Counted from the stretch's first letter, positions 47,479-57,883 are shown. The stretch is 64,000 nucleotides of DNA from an uncultured Oscillospiraceae bacterium (GCA_964650465.1 CAZYTA010000011.1:562-64561); one strand, 5' to 3'. Numbers and translations are program-made. The notes: generated by a model from the sequence alone, not told the origin.

Positions 47479-49461
47479 TTAATCGTGCATTCTGAAATCA
47501 AGCTTTTTGGGAAGCGGATACTTCCTGTCAGCCTCCGCTATCAAACTTGTGTCATCGGGATTGAATTCAGTACCTTTTTCCTCGGCATAAAGTCTGCGAT
47601 ACAGCTTAAACCATATTTGGGAAACAGATACCTCGCCTTCCTTTATATCGTTCATTACGAAGTCAGAATTAATAATATCGGTAGCTTCAATAAGTCTGCC
47701 GAGATTTATATATGCGATTGCTTTATATAAACGCAACCTTCCGATATATTTAAGCTTATCGCTTAACGTTTCGTATATTTCAAGCCACAATTCGTCGTTT
47801 CCGTCTCCTGTAAGCTGAGATGCAACCTCACAGCAAAGTGTGGGACAGTCCTTTTTCATTTCAAATGCATCTAAGATATATTTTCGTGCAAGGTCACTGT
47901 TTTTGTATTCATTCTTATATAACATGGAAAGATTTCTGAGCGCCCACGGTGAAGAACACATTTTCACCGATTCTTCCCAGGCCTTAAGGGAACCTTCAAT
48001 GTCTCCCAATGCATATCTTATTACACCGATATGCAAAAGACTGTACCAGCTTTGCTTCGGCAAGCCCTCCAGCTTGTTCAACAAATATCTGTCTGCCACA
48101 TAGGAAACAGGTTCTTTATCAACATCGGGTACGGGAAAAGTATTATCGGTTATAAGAGATACCCATTCAGCTGTTTCTACGTTTGCAATATAAGGGAATT
48201 TGCAGACATCACTGATGCTTTCTCCTCTTATCATTTCCTCTACTGCGCCCCATGCAGAGCCTGCATACACTATTTTTGAATCAGCTGTATTTTTTTGTAA
48301 AGGGAAGGTAAGCGTATCGGGATTACCTACGTGCTCCGTAATATAATCTTCAATTTTTTCTACCGCTTCAAAATAATCCCCGTGAGCTGTTTTTGCAGCT
48401 ATGTCAAGAGAAGAATATGTTTCTGTCCACTCCCAAACCTCGTTGCCCTTCATAGGGATGTGCTCGAGCTGTGTGTTGGCAAGTCCTGCCTGTATTTCAA
48501 TGTATGCGGAGCCTTCCTCAGAAAGCCATTCATTCCAGTTTCTTCCGCCCTGTCCCATTCCCCATACAAACAGCTTTCTGCTTATAAGCTCCTTAGTGGA
48601 GCAGTGCAAAAGTCCTTTGCCTTCTTCGTTTGCGGTGGCTATCCACTTGTGACAGTTCTTGGGTATTTTATAGAAAAAGTCTCTTGAAGACGGAATGTTT
48701 CCGGGGTAGGATACATCAATTCCTTCGTTTAACGGAATGGTAGCTTTGTCAAGAATGTAGTGGTCTTCGTTATAAAAGCTCAAAAAAGATTCATCTGTAG
48801 GTACTATTACACGAGTGCCTCTTGTTTCGGGAACAGCAATGTTTGACCACCAATACATATACTTTTCCTTATTCTCTTTGTTTTCGATTTTGTTTTTTAT
48901 ATAAAGAACAGAAGAGCTTTTCGGAAGGTATGCGCTGATGCTGTAAACAACACCTCTTATGCGCTCGAATTCATACAGACGCAACACTTCTTCGCCGTCG
49001 CATTCGTCAACTGCACACCACAGCGGAGAGCAGGTGAGAGGATTATGTCCCTTTATGCCTACATTGAATTCTACACCGCCGCTGAACCATGCATTTCTCA
49101 ATCCAAGATTTCCCGGCTGAAAAACAGGATTTACATACAGAAGCTCTCTTTCGTTCTTTTTGTCATAAAGAGACCAAAGTCTGCCGCCGAATTCAGGGAG
49201 AAAAACCGCTTTTAAATAATCGTTTTCCACAATTGCCGCCTTGAAAATACGATCCTTTTTGTCACGGTCATATCCGTCTTGAATTTTATAAGGAAGCATT
49301 GTGGATATCATACCTTTACCGATGTATCTTTTTTCATCCTCAAGGATTTTATCGGTCATTATATACCCTGCGTGTATATAACTTATGTTTTTTATGTCCG
49401 GCATAGGATTGAGATTTCCCATTGCTGCACCCGGCATAACATAATCTTCGAATTTTACCAT
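47479..49461 (-). CDS. DUF5107-like protein with C-terminal TPR-like repeats
   Basis: The N-terminal region (LPYKIQDGYDRDKKDRIFKAAIVENDYLKAVFLPEFGGRLWSLYDK...NLGLRNAWFSGGVEFN) matches my recollection of DUF5107. The C-terminus has TPR-like helices (ALGDIEGSLKAWEESVKM...). Confidence 0.55.
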   Translation of the reverse strand: MVKFEDYVMPGAAMGNLNPMPDIKNISYIHAGYIMTDKILEDEKRYIGKGMISTMLPYKIQDGYDRDKKDRIFKAAIVENDYLKAVFLPEFGGRLWSLYDKKNERELLYVNPVFQPGNLGLRNAWFSGGVEFNVGIKGHNPLTCSPLWCAVDECDGEEVLRLYEFERIRGVVYSISAYLPKSSSVLYIKNKIENKENKEKYMYWWSNIAVPETRGTRVIVPTDESFLSFYNEDHYILDKATIPLNEGIDVSYPGNIPSSRDFFYKIPKNCHKWIATANEEGKGLLHCSTKELISRKLFVWGMGQGGRNWNEWLSEEGSAYIEIQAGLANTQLEHIPMKGNEVWEWTETYSSLDIAAKTAHGDYFEAVEKIEDYITEHVGNPDTLTFPLQKNTADSKIVYAGSAWGAVEEMIRGESISDVCKFPYIANVETAEWVSLITDNTFPVPDVDKEPVSYVADRYLLNKLEGLPKQSWYSLLHIGVIRYALGDIEGSLKAWEESVKMCSSPWALRNLSMLYKNEYKNSDLARKYILDAFEMKKDCPTLCCEVASQLTGDGNDELWLEIYETLSDKLKYIGRLRLYKAIAYINLGRLIEATDIINSDFVMNDIKEGEVSVSQIWFKLYRRLYAEEKGTEFNPDDTSLIAEADRKYPLPKKLDFRMHD

Positions 49462-49626
49462 TTATATCACCCCTTTACAATTTAATTTTACTACTTAATA
49501 TAGGTATATTCAATGTGTAAATCAACTTATGTTTTGTATAAAACAATTTTAAATTTTTGTAAAAGTATTTGTATATGTTGATTTTTACTTTGTTTTGTTG
49601 TACAATAGTATTAACGGGGTGATGCT

Positions 49627-50382
49627 ATGGATAATATCCTTATACTTGACATATCCGATATACAAATAATTGCACATAAAACAGAGGATACAGACTTCCG
49701 CTTTTTTAACCCGCAAAGACCCTATGACGGTCTTATAATGATAACATCGGGAAACGGATATGCTATAGACGGAAATGGGAAAAAATATGCTGTAACAGTC
49801 GGAGATATAATAATAGCGAACAAGGATGACAGATATTCAATAGAGCTTGATGCCCCTTGTTCATATGTTACAAGCGGTTTTTCTCTTAATACAGACAAAA
49901 GTCTTTTACCGTTTATTTACAAAAGCACCGAGACTCAAAGTAAAAGACTTAAGGATGTATGTAAGATATGGCAATCCAGGTCACGCTACTCGTATGCCTT
50001 TTGCCGTATAGGACTGCTGCAGCTTTATATGGATATAGTTCAAAGTACAAGTATTCTGGAAACGGAAAACAGCTTTATAGATAAGGCGATATCTTACATA
50101 CACAAGAATTTCAAAACCAATTTTTCGGGTGCTGATATTGCCGCATATTGTTCGGTCTCTCTATCTCATTTGCGATCACAATTTTTAAGGCAGACAGGAA
50201 AAACAGTTTTAGAATACCGCAACTCGTTACGCATTTCGGCTGCTAAGGAAATGCTTGAAAGTAAATACTATTCTGTAGCTGAAATAGCAGCTGAGCTGGG
50301 ATACTGTGATGTATATCATTTTTCAAAATCCTTTTCAAGCAGTGTGGGCTGTGCACCTTCCAGATGGAAGAAGGAACAATAA
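49627..50382 (+). CDS. AraC-family transcriptional regulator
   Basis: C-terminal HTH pair (IAAYCSVSLSHLRSQFLRQTGKTVLEY...IAAELGYCDVYHFSKSFSSSVGCAPSRW). Confidence 0.85.
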   Translation: MDNILILDISDIQIIAHKTEDTDFRFFNPQRPYDGLIMITSGNGYAIDGNGKKYAVTVGDIIIANKDDRYSIELDAPCSYVTSGFSLNTDKSLLPFIYKSTETQSKRLKDVCKIWQSRSRYSYAFCRIGLLQLYMDIVQSTSILETENSFIDKAISYIHKNFKTNFSGADIAAYCSVSLSHLRSQFLRQTGKTVLEYRNSLRISAAKEMLESKYYSVAEIAAELGYCDVYHFSKSFSSSVGCAPSRWKKEQ

Positions 50383-50424
50383 AAGCGGCGTTTTTTCGTG
50401 CCATTTCCCAATAAATAAACTAAT

Positions 50425-50463
50425 GGGCTGTTTAAAAACTCCACAAGAGTTTTTAAACAGCCC
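50425..50463 (+). terminator. Long hairpin, nearly identical to the one at 20606-20644
   Basis: gggctgtttaaaaactc-cacaa-gagtttttaaacagccc followed by attttgc. Confidence 0.7.
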
Positions 50464-50490
50464 ATTTTGCATAAATAAAGAATTTAAAAT

Positions 50491-52302
50491 TCAGTATACT
50501 CTTACCTCAAATACTTTTACTGCGCTGTCACCGTTTGTTGAAGCTATGTTAATCTGTACAGTATCACAAAGAACAGAGTCGAAGGGAATGCGTACAAGAC
50601 GTTTGTAGTTGTCATTGATTTCTTTGCTTGCCACGGGCTTGCCGTCAAGAAGCAATATAACCTCGAAATTTTTTACAAGCTCCTTGGGAATTCCGATTGT
50701 CTGCTGGTTCTGTCTTGTAGAGGAAAGTGTTATTTTCTTTTCTGTACAAAAATCCGAGTCGAAGGTTATCTGCACAGTTGATACTGCTGACTTTCCCTTC
50801 AGCTTCAGCTTTAACCATTGAGGAATTCCTGTTTCTGAGCACCACTGATTACTCTTATCTCCGATATTTCTTGTGATACCGTTGATAACATTTTTCGCTT
50901 CATGACCTGTTTTTTCGCTTGATGCGGATACCTCTGCCGTCAATGCCATGTCTTTTTTGTCTGTATTGGTAAGCTCGGGAAGGTAGCAATCGTCCTTTAT
51001 AAGCGTCTGTTGGAGAAGCCGAATGTCAATTTCTCTGATATTTTTGCAACCGTTTTTTATAAGCAGGGCGGCGGCTGTGCCTATTGCCTGACCGCCTACA
51101 GCACATGTGCCCATTACTCGTGAGCTTGACATGGCAAGCTTACTTGCACCCATACATCTTCCTCCGACAAAAAGGTTTTTCATATCCTTTACACAATATG
51201 AGCGGTAAGGAATATCATAAGAGCCTTCAATATCAAAGGCAAAGGAAGGCATTTTATCAAATGCGAACAGTCCTGTGTGGTTGTCAATTGCCCATCCTCC
51301 ATAGGCAACCTTGTCGTTGAAGCGGCGGTTTTCAAGGATATCATTTTCGTTGAGCATATAGTCACATTCTATTCGGCGGCTTTCTCTTACTCCGGGCAGC
51401 ATTCCCACCCATGTGAGCTCGTAATTATCAGCCCCGTGGTCGCCCTCGTTCTTTATATGATTCCATATGCCGTAGATAGCCTTTACAAGCTGATCACGGA
51501 TATCCTCGTATTCCTCAATTATGTTTTCCTTTTCTCCCTGTATCTCTATCCACCAATATCCGTAGTCGGGGCAATATCCGCTGAACATTACATCAAAGCC
51601 TGTGTCCTTTGCCTTGTCAAGAAGCTCCTGCGGAGGCTTTGCGCAATGCTTTCTGAATTTCAGCTGTTCTTCGGTAAAATGCATAACATCCACAGGCGGA
51701 ATGAATTTCACAGGGTGTCCTCTGTCCGCTGCTTTGAACAGCAGAGTGTTTCCCATTCTGTCATTGTTTGCCTTGTCGGGTGCATGCGGCTCATTAAATT
51801 CTTCTTTACCCTCGCTTCCCGTTCTGAAAGATGCATTGACAAAAGCACAGAGTGTTCCGTTTCCGGTACAGTCGGCAAAAAAATCCGCCGAAAGGCTGAA
51901 ACGCTTTTCTGTTGTCATCTGGTAACACTCTATTTCTTTAACCGTTCCATTGTCACAGGTTGCCCCGAACATGGTTGTGTTAAGATAGAGTGTTATGTTT
52001 TCCTCTTTTTTTATCGCCTCAAAGAGTACTGCATCCCATATGGAAAAATTATAGCTGTCATTTACTCGTTTGTTTGACAGCATAAGCTCATGTACTATAC
52101 CGCCTTCGGTCAATTCGGGCTTTTTCATATTGGCATTTGCACCGCAGATATGCATGCGTATTTCACTGCTTGCATTGCCTCCGAGAACGGGACGGTCATG
52201 AACAAGAGCGGTTTTTGCTCCGTTTCGAGCGGCTGCAATGGCGGCACATATGCCTGTCATTCCTCCGCCTGCGATTATGACATCATAGTTTAATTTTGTC
52301 AT
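50491..52302 (-). CDS. FAD-dependent oxidoreductase (FAD_oxidored-type) with C-terminal discoidin/F5-8-type-C-like domain
   Basis: DVIIAGGGMTGICAAIAAARNGAKTALVHDRPVLGGNASSE dinucleotide-binding motif. The C-terminal ~140 aa (AKNVINGITRNIGDKSNQWCS...WLKLKLKGKSAVSTVQITFD) resemble a carbohydrate-binding beta-sandwich. Confidence 0.75.
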   Translation of the reverse strand: MTKLNYDVIIAGGGMTGICAAIAAARNGAKTALVHDRPVLGGNASSEIRMHICGANANMKKPELTEGGIVHELMLSNKRVNDSYNFSIWDAVLFEAIKKEENITLYLNTTMFGATCDNGTVKEIECYQMTTEKRFSLSADFFADCTGNGTLCAFVNASFRTGSEGKEEFNEPHAPDKANNDRMGNTLLFKAADRGHPVKFIPPVDVMHFTEEQLKFRKHCAKPPQELLDKAKDTGFDVMFSGYCPDYGYWWIEIQGEKENIIEEYEDIRDQLVKAIYGIWNHIKNEGDHGADNYELTWVGMLPGVRESRRIECDYMLNENDILENRRFNDKVAYGGWAIDNHTGLFAFDKMPSFAFDIEGSYDIPYRSYCVKDMKNLFVGGRCMGASKLAMSSSRVMGTCAVGGQAIGTAAALLIKNGCKNIREIDIRLLQQTLIKDDCYLPELTNTDKKDMALTAEVSASSEKTGHEAKNVINGITRNIGDKSNQWCSETGIPQWLKLKLKGKSAVSTVQITFDSDFCTEKKITLSSTRQNQQTIGIPKELVKNFEVILLLDGKPVASKEINDNYKRLVRIPFDSVLCDTVQINIASTNGDSAVKVFEVRVY

Positions 52303-52444
52303 GAACTTCTCCTTGTTTGTTTGATTAACGTGTCTATTTTAGCATGTTGAATTACTTTTGTAAAGAGCAATCTGTAAATACATATAATTTGTCATAGAAA
52401 ATATTTATACACATAAAATGTACAAAAACCAAGGAGTGAATTTT

Positions 52445-53644
52445 ATGAGAAAAATATTATCATTGTTTTTGTTACTTGCGTTGCTGATGTCATTTTGCGC
52501 CTCGGCAGATTTATTTGAGGATGAAATACCTGTTTTTTCAGCCGACGATTATCTTATTGAGTCTTTTGATTCAACAGATGTTTTTGCTCTTGAAAATACT
52601 GTTGCCGGAGCAATTCTTATGGAGGCAGACAGTGGTCAGATACTGTTTGAGCAAAATCCCGACGAAAAGCTTCCGATTGCATCAGTTACGAAAATTATGA
52701 CACTTCTCCTTGCGCTTGAAGCTATTGATGAAGGAGTAATAAGTCTTACCGATACTGTCACAGTCAGCGAATATGCCGCTTCAATGGGAGGAAGTCAGGC
52801 TTTTATGGAGGCAGGGGAACAGATGTCAGTGAATGACATGCTCAAAGCGATTGCTGTTTCCAGCTGTAACGATGCGGCTGTAGCAATGGCAGAGCATCTT
52901 GCAGGGAGTGAGAGTGCCTTTGTTGAAAAAATGAATTTGCGTGCCGCAGAGCTTGGAATGACATCAACGGAGTTTGTGAACTGTACGGGTCTTGACGATG
53001 ATGAAATGCATTATTCATCTGCAAGAGACGTGGCAATTATGTCAAGAGAGCTAATAAAGCACCCTGCGGTTTTTGATTATACGACCATATGGATGGATTC
53101 CATCCGTGACGGTAAATTCGGACTTGCAAATACTAATAAGCTTATACGCTTTTATACAGGTGCAAACGGCTTGAAAACAGGCTCTACCTCAAAAGCCCGT
53201 TATTGTTTGAGTGCAACTGTATTGCGTGACGGTATGCAGCTTATTGCGGTTGTATTGGGCTCTCCCACAAGTGCAGAGCGTTTTTCTGCCGCCAAGGCTT
53301 TGCTTGATTACGGCTTTGCCAATTACTCGGTATACCGACCTGAGTCAGGCACCGTTTACAGTGTTAAGGTATGGGGAGGCAAGGAGGACCGTATCAAATG
53401 CAAAACGTCATCTGAAGTACTGCTTCTCAAAAAAGGTGAACAGAACAAAATAGAAGAGGTCACCGAATTGCCTGATTCTCTGGATGCACCGATAAAAAAA
53501 GGCGATATTGTCGGCAAGATTAAATATGTAATCGGTGATACAGTAGTGTCTGAAAATGATATAAAAGCTACGGAAAACGTAGATAAGGCAACTGTTTTTG
53601 ATAGGTTTCTTGACATTTTATCACGTGTTTTTTGCTCAAAATAA
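52445..53644 (+). CDS. D-alanyl-D-alanine carboxypeptidase (peptidase S11, PBP5/DacB/DacF type)
   Basis: Signal peptide, SxxK (ASVTK), SxN (SCND), KTG (LKTGST) and the PBP5 C-terminal domain. ATG at 52445 follows aaggag. Confidence 0.9.
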   Translation: MRKILSLFLLLALLMSFCASADLFEDEIPVFSADDYLIESFDSTDVFALENTVAGAILMEADSGQILFEQNPDEKLPIASVTKIMTLLLALEAIDEGVISLTDTVTVSEYAASMGGSQAFMEAGEQMSVNDMLKAIAVSSCNDAAVAMAEHLAGSESAFVEKMNLRAAELGMTSTEFVNCTGLDDDEMHYSSARDVAIMSRELIKHPAVFDYTTIWMDSIRDGKFGLANTNKLIRFYTGANGLKTGSTSKARYCLSATVLRDGMQLIAVVLGSPTSAERFSAAKALLDYGFANYSVYRPESGTVYSVKVWGGKEDRIKCKTSSEVLLLKKGEQNKIEEVTELPDSLDAPIKKGDIVGKIKYVIGDTVVSENDIKATENVDKATVFDRFLDILSRVFCSK

Positions 53645-53733
53645 ATAGTACTTGCAAAATTCGGAAATATATGCTATAATACTCTAAAATTTTATTAATT
53701 TTTGCATACGTTAAAAAGAGAGGATAATTTCTT

Positions 53734-54747
53734 GTGAATAAAGGTATAGCAGTAGTAGGCAATCTTTTGGTTGACCACGTAAAAATGATTGACAGCTATC
53801 CGTCACCGGGAATGCTGACAAATATAAGGTCGGTATCACGGGCGGTTGACGGATGTGCTTGCAATACAGGCGCGGCTCTTGCTAAAATTGACCCCGAAAT
53901 GAATGTGGTTGTTATCGGTAAGCTTGGTAACGATGCTGACGGTGATTACATAAAGGGGGTTCTTTCCGAGCTTGGTGTTGATATTGAAGGTGTTATAACA
54001 GTTGATGACAAGCCCACATCTTTCTCCGATGTTATGTTAGATATGTCCACCAACGAGAGAACATTTTTTCGGGCAAAAGGTGCAAATTCTGATTTTTCAA
54101 TTGATGATATTGATTTTGATAAGCTTGATGTAGATATCTTCCACATAGGTTGTGCTCTTCTTCTTGATAAATTTGACGAGCCGGACGAAGAATACGGCAC
54201 AGTTATGGCAAGAGCGCTTGACCGTGTTTCAAAGAGGGGCATCAAGACTTCCGTTGATGTTGTAAGTGAGGTAGGAGAGCATTTCAACAAAGTTGTAACA
54301 CCTTGTCTTAAGTATTGCGATTATCTCATTTTCAACGAAGTAGAAGCATCGCACGTTACAGGCATTCCTGTTAGAGACGAAAACGGCAAGATTTCACAAA
54401 GCGGAATAAAGCAGGTAATTAACGAGCTCTTTGAAAAGGGTGTCCGTGAGGTGGTATGTATCCATGCTCCCGAGGGAGGCTGGTATTCAAGAAAGGGAGA
54501 GGGCGTATATTTCCAGCCTTCACTCAATCTTACAAAGGATATGATAAAGGGCAGAGCAGGAGCAGGCAATGCATTCTGTGCAGGTATGCTCTATTCGCTT
54601 TACCGCGAGTTCGACCCTGAATATTCTATCAGAGTAGCAGGCGCCGCAGCGGGATGTAACCTTACCGAAGCCAATTCCATCGACGGACTAAGACCTTTTG
54701 ACAAAATGATGGAATTTGAAAGCGAAATAGGCTACGAAGCAGATTGA
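53734..54747 (+). CDS. PfkB/ribokinase-family carbohydrate kinase homologue (GAGN instead of GAGD)
   Basis: IAVVGNLLVDHV..., GCACNTGAALAKI and the C-terminal IKGRAGAGNAFCAGML. GTG start after gagagga. Confidence 0.75.
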   Translation: MNKGIAVVGNLLVDHVKMIDSYPSPGMLTNIRSVSRAVDGCACNTGAALAKIDPEMNVVVIGKLGNDADGDYIKGVLSELGVDIEGVITVDDKPTSFSDVMLDMSTNERTFFRAKGANSDFSIDDIDFDKLDVDIFHIGCALLLDKFDEPDEEYGTVMARALDRVSKRGIKTSVDVVSEVGEHFNKVVTPCLKYCDYLIFNEVEASHVTGIPVRDENGKISQSGIKQVINELFEKGVREVVCIHAPEGGWYSRKGEGVYFQPSLNLTKDMIKGRAGAGNAFCAGMLYSLYREFDPEYSIRVAGAAAGCNLTEANSIDGLRPFDKMMEFESEIGYEAD

Positions 54748-54804
54748 TAACAAGGGAGTCCGACGGACTCCCTTTGATAATGTTTTTCTCAAAGGAGAAG
54801 TGCT

Positions 54805-55392
54805 ATGAAGATAATGTTCAGTGACGGAGATATAGCTGTTTGCATAAAGCCTGTCGGATATGATTCGGAGAAGCAGGTTCCTGTCTTGCTCAGTGAAAAA
54901 TTGGGTGGTGATTTTTTCACGGTACACCGACTTGATAAAAATGTAGGCGGAGTAATGGTTTATGCACGAAGCTCAAAATCTGCCGCTAAACTGTCCTCTT
55001 CAATACAAAACGGTGAAATGATAAAGGAATACCTTGCCCTTGTCCACGGCTCACCCGACCCAAGCGGTACAATGGAGGATTTTCTGTTCAAAGACTCCTC
55101 GAAAAACAAAGTATTCGTTGTAAAGCGTGAAAGGAAGGGCGTAAAAAAAGCGAAGTTGGAATATGATGTGATAAGGGCAGGGGAGACATCTCTTGTTCAT
55201 ATCAGATTATTTACAGGCAGAAGCCACCAGATTAGAGTGCAGTTTGCCTCCCGTGGATTTCCTCTCCTCGGTGACCGTAAATACGGCGGACATGACGAAT
55301 GCACAGCCCCTATGCTTTTTTCGTCAAAAATCACATTCCCTCATAAAGGCAAAATCCTTTCGTTTGAATCAAAGCCCGAATGGGCGGAATAA
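54805..55392 (+). CDS. RluA-family pseudouridine synthase (short, no S4 domain)
   Basis: HRLDKNVGGVMVYA catalytic motif, KEYLALVHG and GRSHQIRVQFA motifs. RBS aaaggag. Confidence 0.8.
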   Translation: MKIMFSDGDIAVCIKPVGYDSEKQVPVLLSEKLGGDFFTVHRLDKNVGGVMVYARSSKSAAKLSSSIQNGEMIKEYLALVHGSPDPSGTMEDFLFKDSSKNKVFVVKRERKGVKKAKLEYDVIRAGETSLVHIRLFTGRSHQIRVQFASRGFPLLGDRKYGGHDECTAPMLFSSKITFPHKGKILSFESKPEWAE

Positions 55393-55485
55393 AATGTATC
55401 TAAGCAGTTCAGCAAAAAAGAATAAATACCGTCGGAAAATAATTTCCGACGGTATTGTCTTTTAGTATCTATGTAATGTAGACTA

Positions 55486-56403
55486 TTACTTATTAATCGT
55501 TTTCATAACTTCCTTGACGATTGCATCAATGTCAAGGTTTTCTGCCTTAGTGTATTTTTCATATTCCTTGCTTTGAGGTGTTGAGAAGAAGCCTATGAAT
55601 TTAAAGGCATCCTCTTTCATTGCCGCTGTTGCGCACAGTTCGATATCGTGATAGAGCATTTCTTTTTCAAGCTTTGAAACCGCAGCTCCTCCTGCCTTTG
55701 CCATATAGGTATAACAGTTTATCTTTCTGATACCAAGCTTAATGGATTTGAGATAATCTGCGGGATTGACACCGCTACCGCCATGCATTACAAGGGGAAC
55801 AGGTACAAGCTCGCCTATCCTTTTGAGTCTGTCAAAATCAAGCTTAGGAGCTTTGGTGTACAATCCGTGAGCTGTGCCGAAAGCACATGCCAGAGCATCA
55901 ATACCTGTTTTTGTTGCAAAACCCTTGGCATCATCAGGGTCAGTATAAATGCTTTCTCCGCCTGCTCCGCCGCCCTCACGTGCGCCCATCGAGCCGATTT
56001 CTGCCTCTACCGATGCTCCGTATTTCCTTGCGAGTTCTACAATTATAGATGTATTTGCATAGTTTAAATCCTTTTCAAGCTCCGAACCGTCATACATTAC
56101 AGATGTAAATCCGTGGTCAAGTGCTCTTTTTACGTATGCCATATCCGTTCCGTGGTCCAGATGCACACATACGGGCACAGAAGCCTTGTCTGCCATTAAA
56201 AGCATAATTGGTGCAATTTCATCAAGACTTGCTACCTTCATTTCCTCGTGTACCTGAGCGTGCATAATAATAACAGGCATCTTTTGTTCCTCAGCCGCAC
56301 CGATAACCGCTCTCATACTTGCAAGATTAGGTGTATTGAATGAGCCTATGGCACATTTTTTTGCTTCGGCTACTTTTAAAACTTCTTTGAGACTTACTAA
56401 CAT
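55486..56403 (-). CDS. Class II ketose-bisphosphate aldolase family protein
   Basis: CAIGSFNTPN, VHLDHG, GTAHG and VMHGGSG motifs. RBS gggagg. Confidence 0.85.
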   Translation of the reverse strand: MLVSLKEVLKVAEAKKCAIGSFNTPNLASMRAVIGAAEEQKMPVIIMHAQVHEEMKVASLDEIAPIMLLMADKASVPVCVHLDHGTDMAYVKRALDHGFTSVMYDGSELEKDLNYANTSIIVELARKYGASVEAEIGSMGAREGGGAGGESIYTDPDDAKGFATKTGIDALACAFGTAHGLYTKAPKLDFDRLKRIGELVPVPLVMHGGSGVNPADYLKSIKLGIRKINCYTYMAKAGGAAVSKLEKEMLYHDIELCATAAMKEDAFKFIGFFSTPQSKEYEKYTKAENLDIDAIVKEVMKTINK

Positions 56404-56416
56404 GATTTCCTCCCGA

Positions 56417-57880
56417 TTACAATTCTTTTGTTATAGGTCTTATAGTACTGTAAAGCTTTTTGTATGTACTAAAATATTTTTGGTATACTTCGTGTTTCTT
56501 TTGGTCGGGCAAAAATGTACCCTTTTCTCTGACAAAAAATTGTTTCGCTTCATAAAGACTGCTGTAAATTCCCACAGCAACTCCCGTCATCATGCATGTG
56601 CCCGAGGTGCCCGCTTCTTTTGCTTCCAGCGCGGTTATGGGACGTCCGAGTATATCGGCTTTTATCTGAAGCCAGACATCAGAGTATGCACCGCCCCCTG
56701 TGGCGTACAGCTTTCTCGGAATAATTCCAACAGACTCAAGCTCGGAAATGTTTGTCATAATTTCGTAGGTAACGCCTTCCATGAGCGCCTTATAGATATC
56801 CGCATCCGTATGCTCAAGCGTGAGTCCTACAAAAGCCGCCTTTGAAGTGTTGTCCATATAAGGATTTGCCGCCCCTGCAAAATGCGGTAAAACAAGTATT
56901 CCCGTGGGTGAATCCGCCACTGACAAGTCAAGCTCCTTGTATGATTTGTCTCTTGCAAAATTGTCACGGTACCATTTTATGACAGCGCCTCCCGTGAAGG
57001 AAAGTGCGTAATAAACATAGGTCCCGTCTAACACATAAGGTACTACAGAATAGCCCTCGTTATAAACTTTTTCTTCACACGGAATTTTGTCAAATACGGG
57101 AGTCACACATTCAACTGTACCTGTGCCGTCAACCGCTTCACCCGGTGTCAAAATTCCTGCCCCGACTGCCGCGGCAACCTGGTCGTGGGCGCCGTTTACA
57201 ATTAAAACGTCACTTTTTAAACCGATTGTCTTTGCGAGGTTATCCTTTACCTTTCCCGCAACGTGAAAAGCGGGAACCGGCGTTGACATAAGCGATGTGT
57301 CGATATCTGCAGCTGCAAATAACTCTTTACTCCAGCATTTTTCTCTGATATCAAAAGCCATTGTACGTGCCGCAAGGGAATAATCAATGAACGCATTGCC
57401 TGTGAGCTTATACACAATGTAGTCCTGCATAAGCATTATTCTTTTTGCTTTTTTAAAAATATCAGGCTTGTTGTTTTTTATCCACATAATCTTGGGCAAA
57501 GAGTACATTTGATTGGGTTTTACACCCGAAATGTCAGCAATTCGTTTGTCACCGAGAGTACGGCTTAGTTTTTTGCATTCCTCTTCTCCTCTTGGGTCGG
57601 TGTAAAGCATAGAGGGGAGAAGTACATTATCATTTTCGTCGAGAAGTACAAAGGTTTCTCCAAAGGTTGTAATACCGATGGCGGAGATATCTTCCTTTGT
57701 CGAAGTATCCTTTATAACATCGCATACAGCATTGAAAATATCATTTGCATCTACTTCGTGCTGTCCGCTTTTTCTTGAAACATCATATTCCTTGTATGAG
57801 TTATATACAAATTCGCCTTTGTGAGTGTAGGTTGTGAGTTTGCAACCTGTAGTTCCCACATCAAGTCCGCAAATTAACAT
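56417..57880 (-). CDS. FGGY-family sugar (ketose) kinase
   Basis: LICGLDVGTTGCKLT N-terminal motif, GAHDQVAAAVGAG and ATGGGAYSDVWLQIKADILG. Confidence 0.85.
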   Translation of the reverse strand: MLICGLDVGTTGCKLTTYTHKGEFVYNSYKEYDVSRKSGQHEVDANDIFNAVCDVIKDTSTKEDISAIGITTFGETFVLLDENDNVLLPSMLYTDPRGEEECKKLSRTLGDKRIADISGVKPNQMYSLPKIMWIKNNKPDIFKKAKRIMLMQDYIVYKLTGNAFIDYSLAARTMAFDIREKCWSKELFAAADIDTSLMSTPVPAFHVAGKVKDNLAKTIGLKSDVLIVNGAHDQVAAAVGAGILTPGEAVDGTGTVECVTPVFDKIPCEEKVYNEGYSVVPYVLDGTYVYYALSFTGGAVIKWYRDNFARDKSYKELDLSVADSPTGILVLPHFAGAANPYMDNTSKAAFVGLTLEHTDADIYKALMEGVTYEIMTNISELESVGIIPRKLYATGGGAYSDVWLQIKADILGRPITALEAKEAGTSGTCMMTGVAVGIYSSLYEAKQFFVREKGTFLPDQKKHEVYQKYFSTYKKLYSTIRPITKEL

Positions 57881-57883
57881 AAT

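Noticed and set aside
51277-52077. 266-aa plus-strand ORF opposite the FAD oxidoreductase. The antisense ORFs at 36561..37196, 9458..10057, 35884..36450 and 42880..43386 fall in the same class.
   Set aside because: All lie antisense to, or overlap, ORFs with clear family motifs. They have atypical composition and lack ribosome-binding sites.
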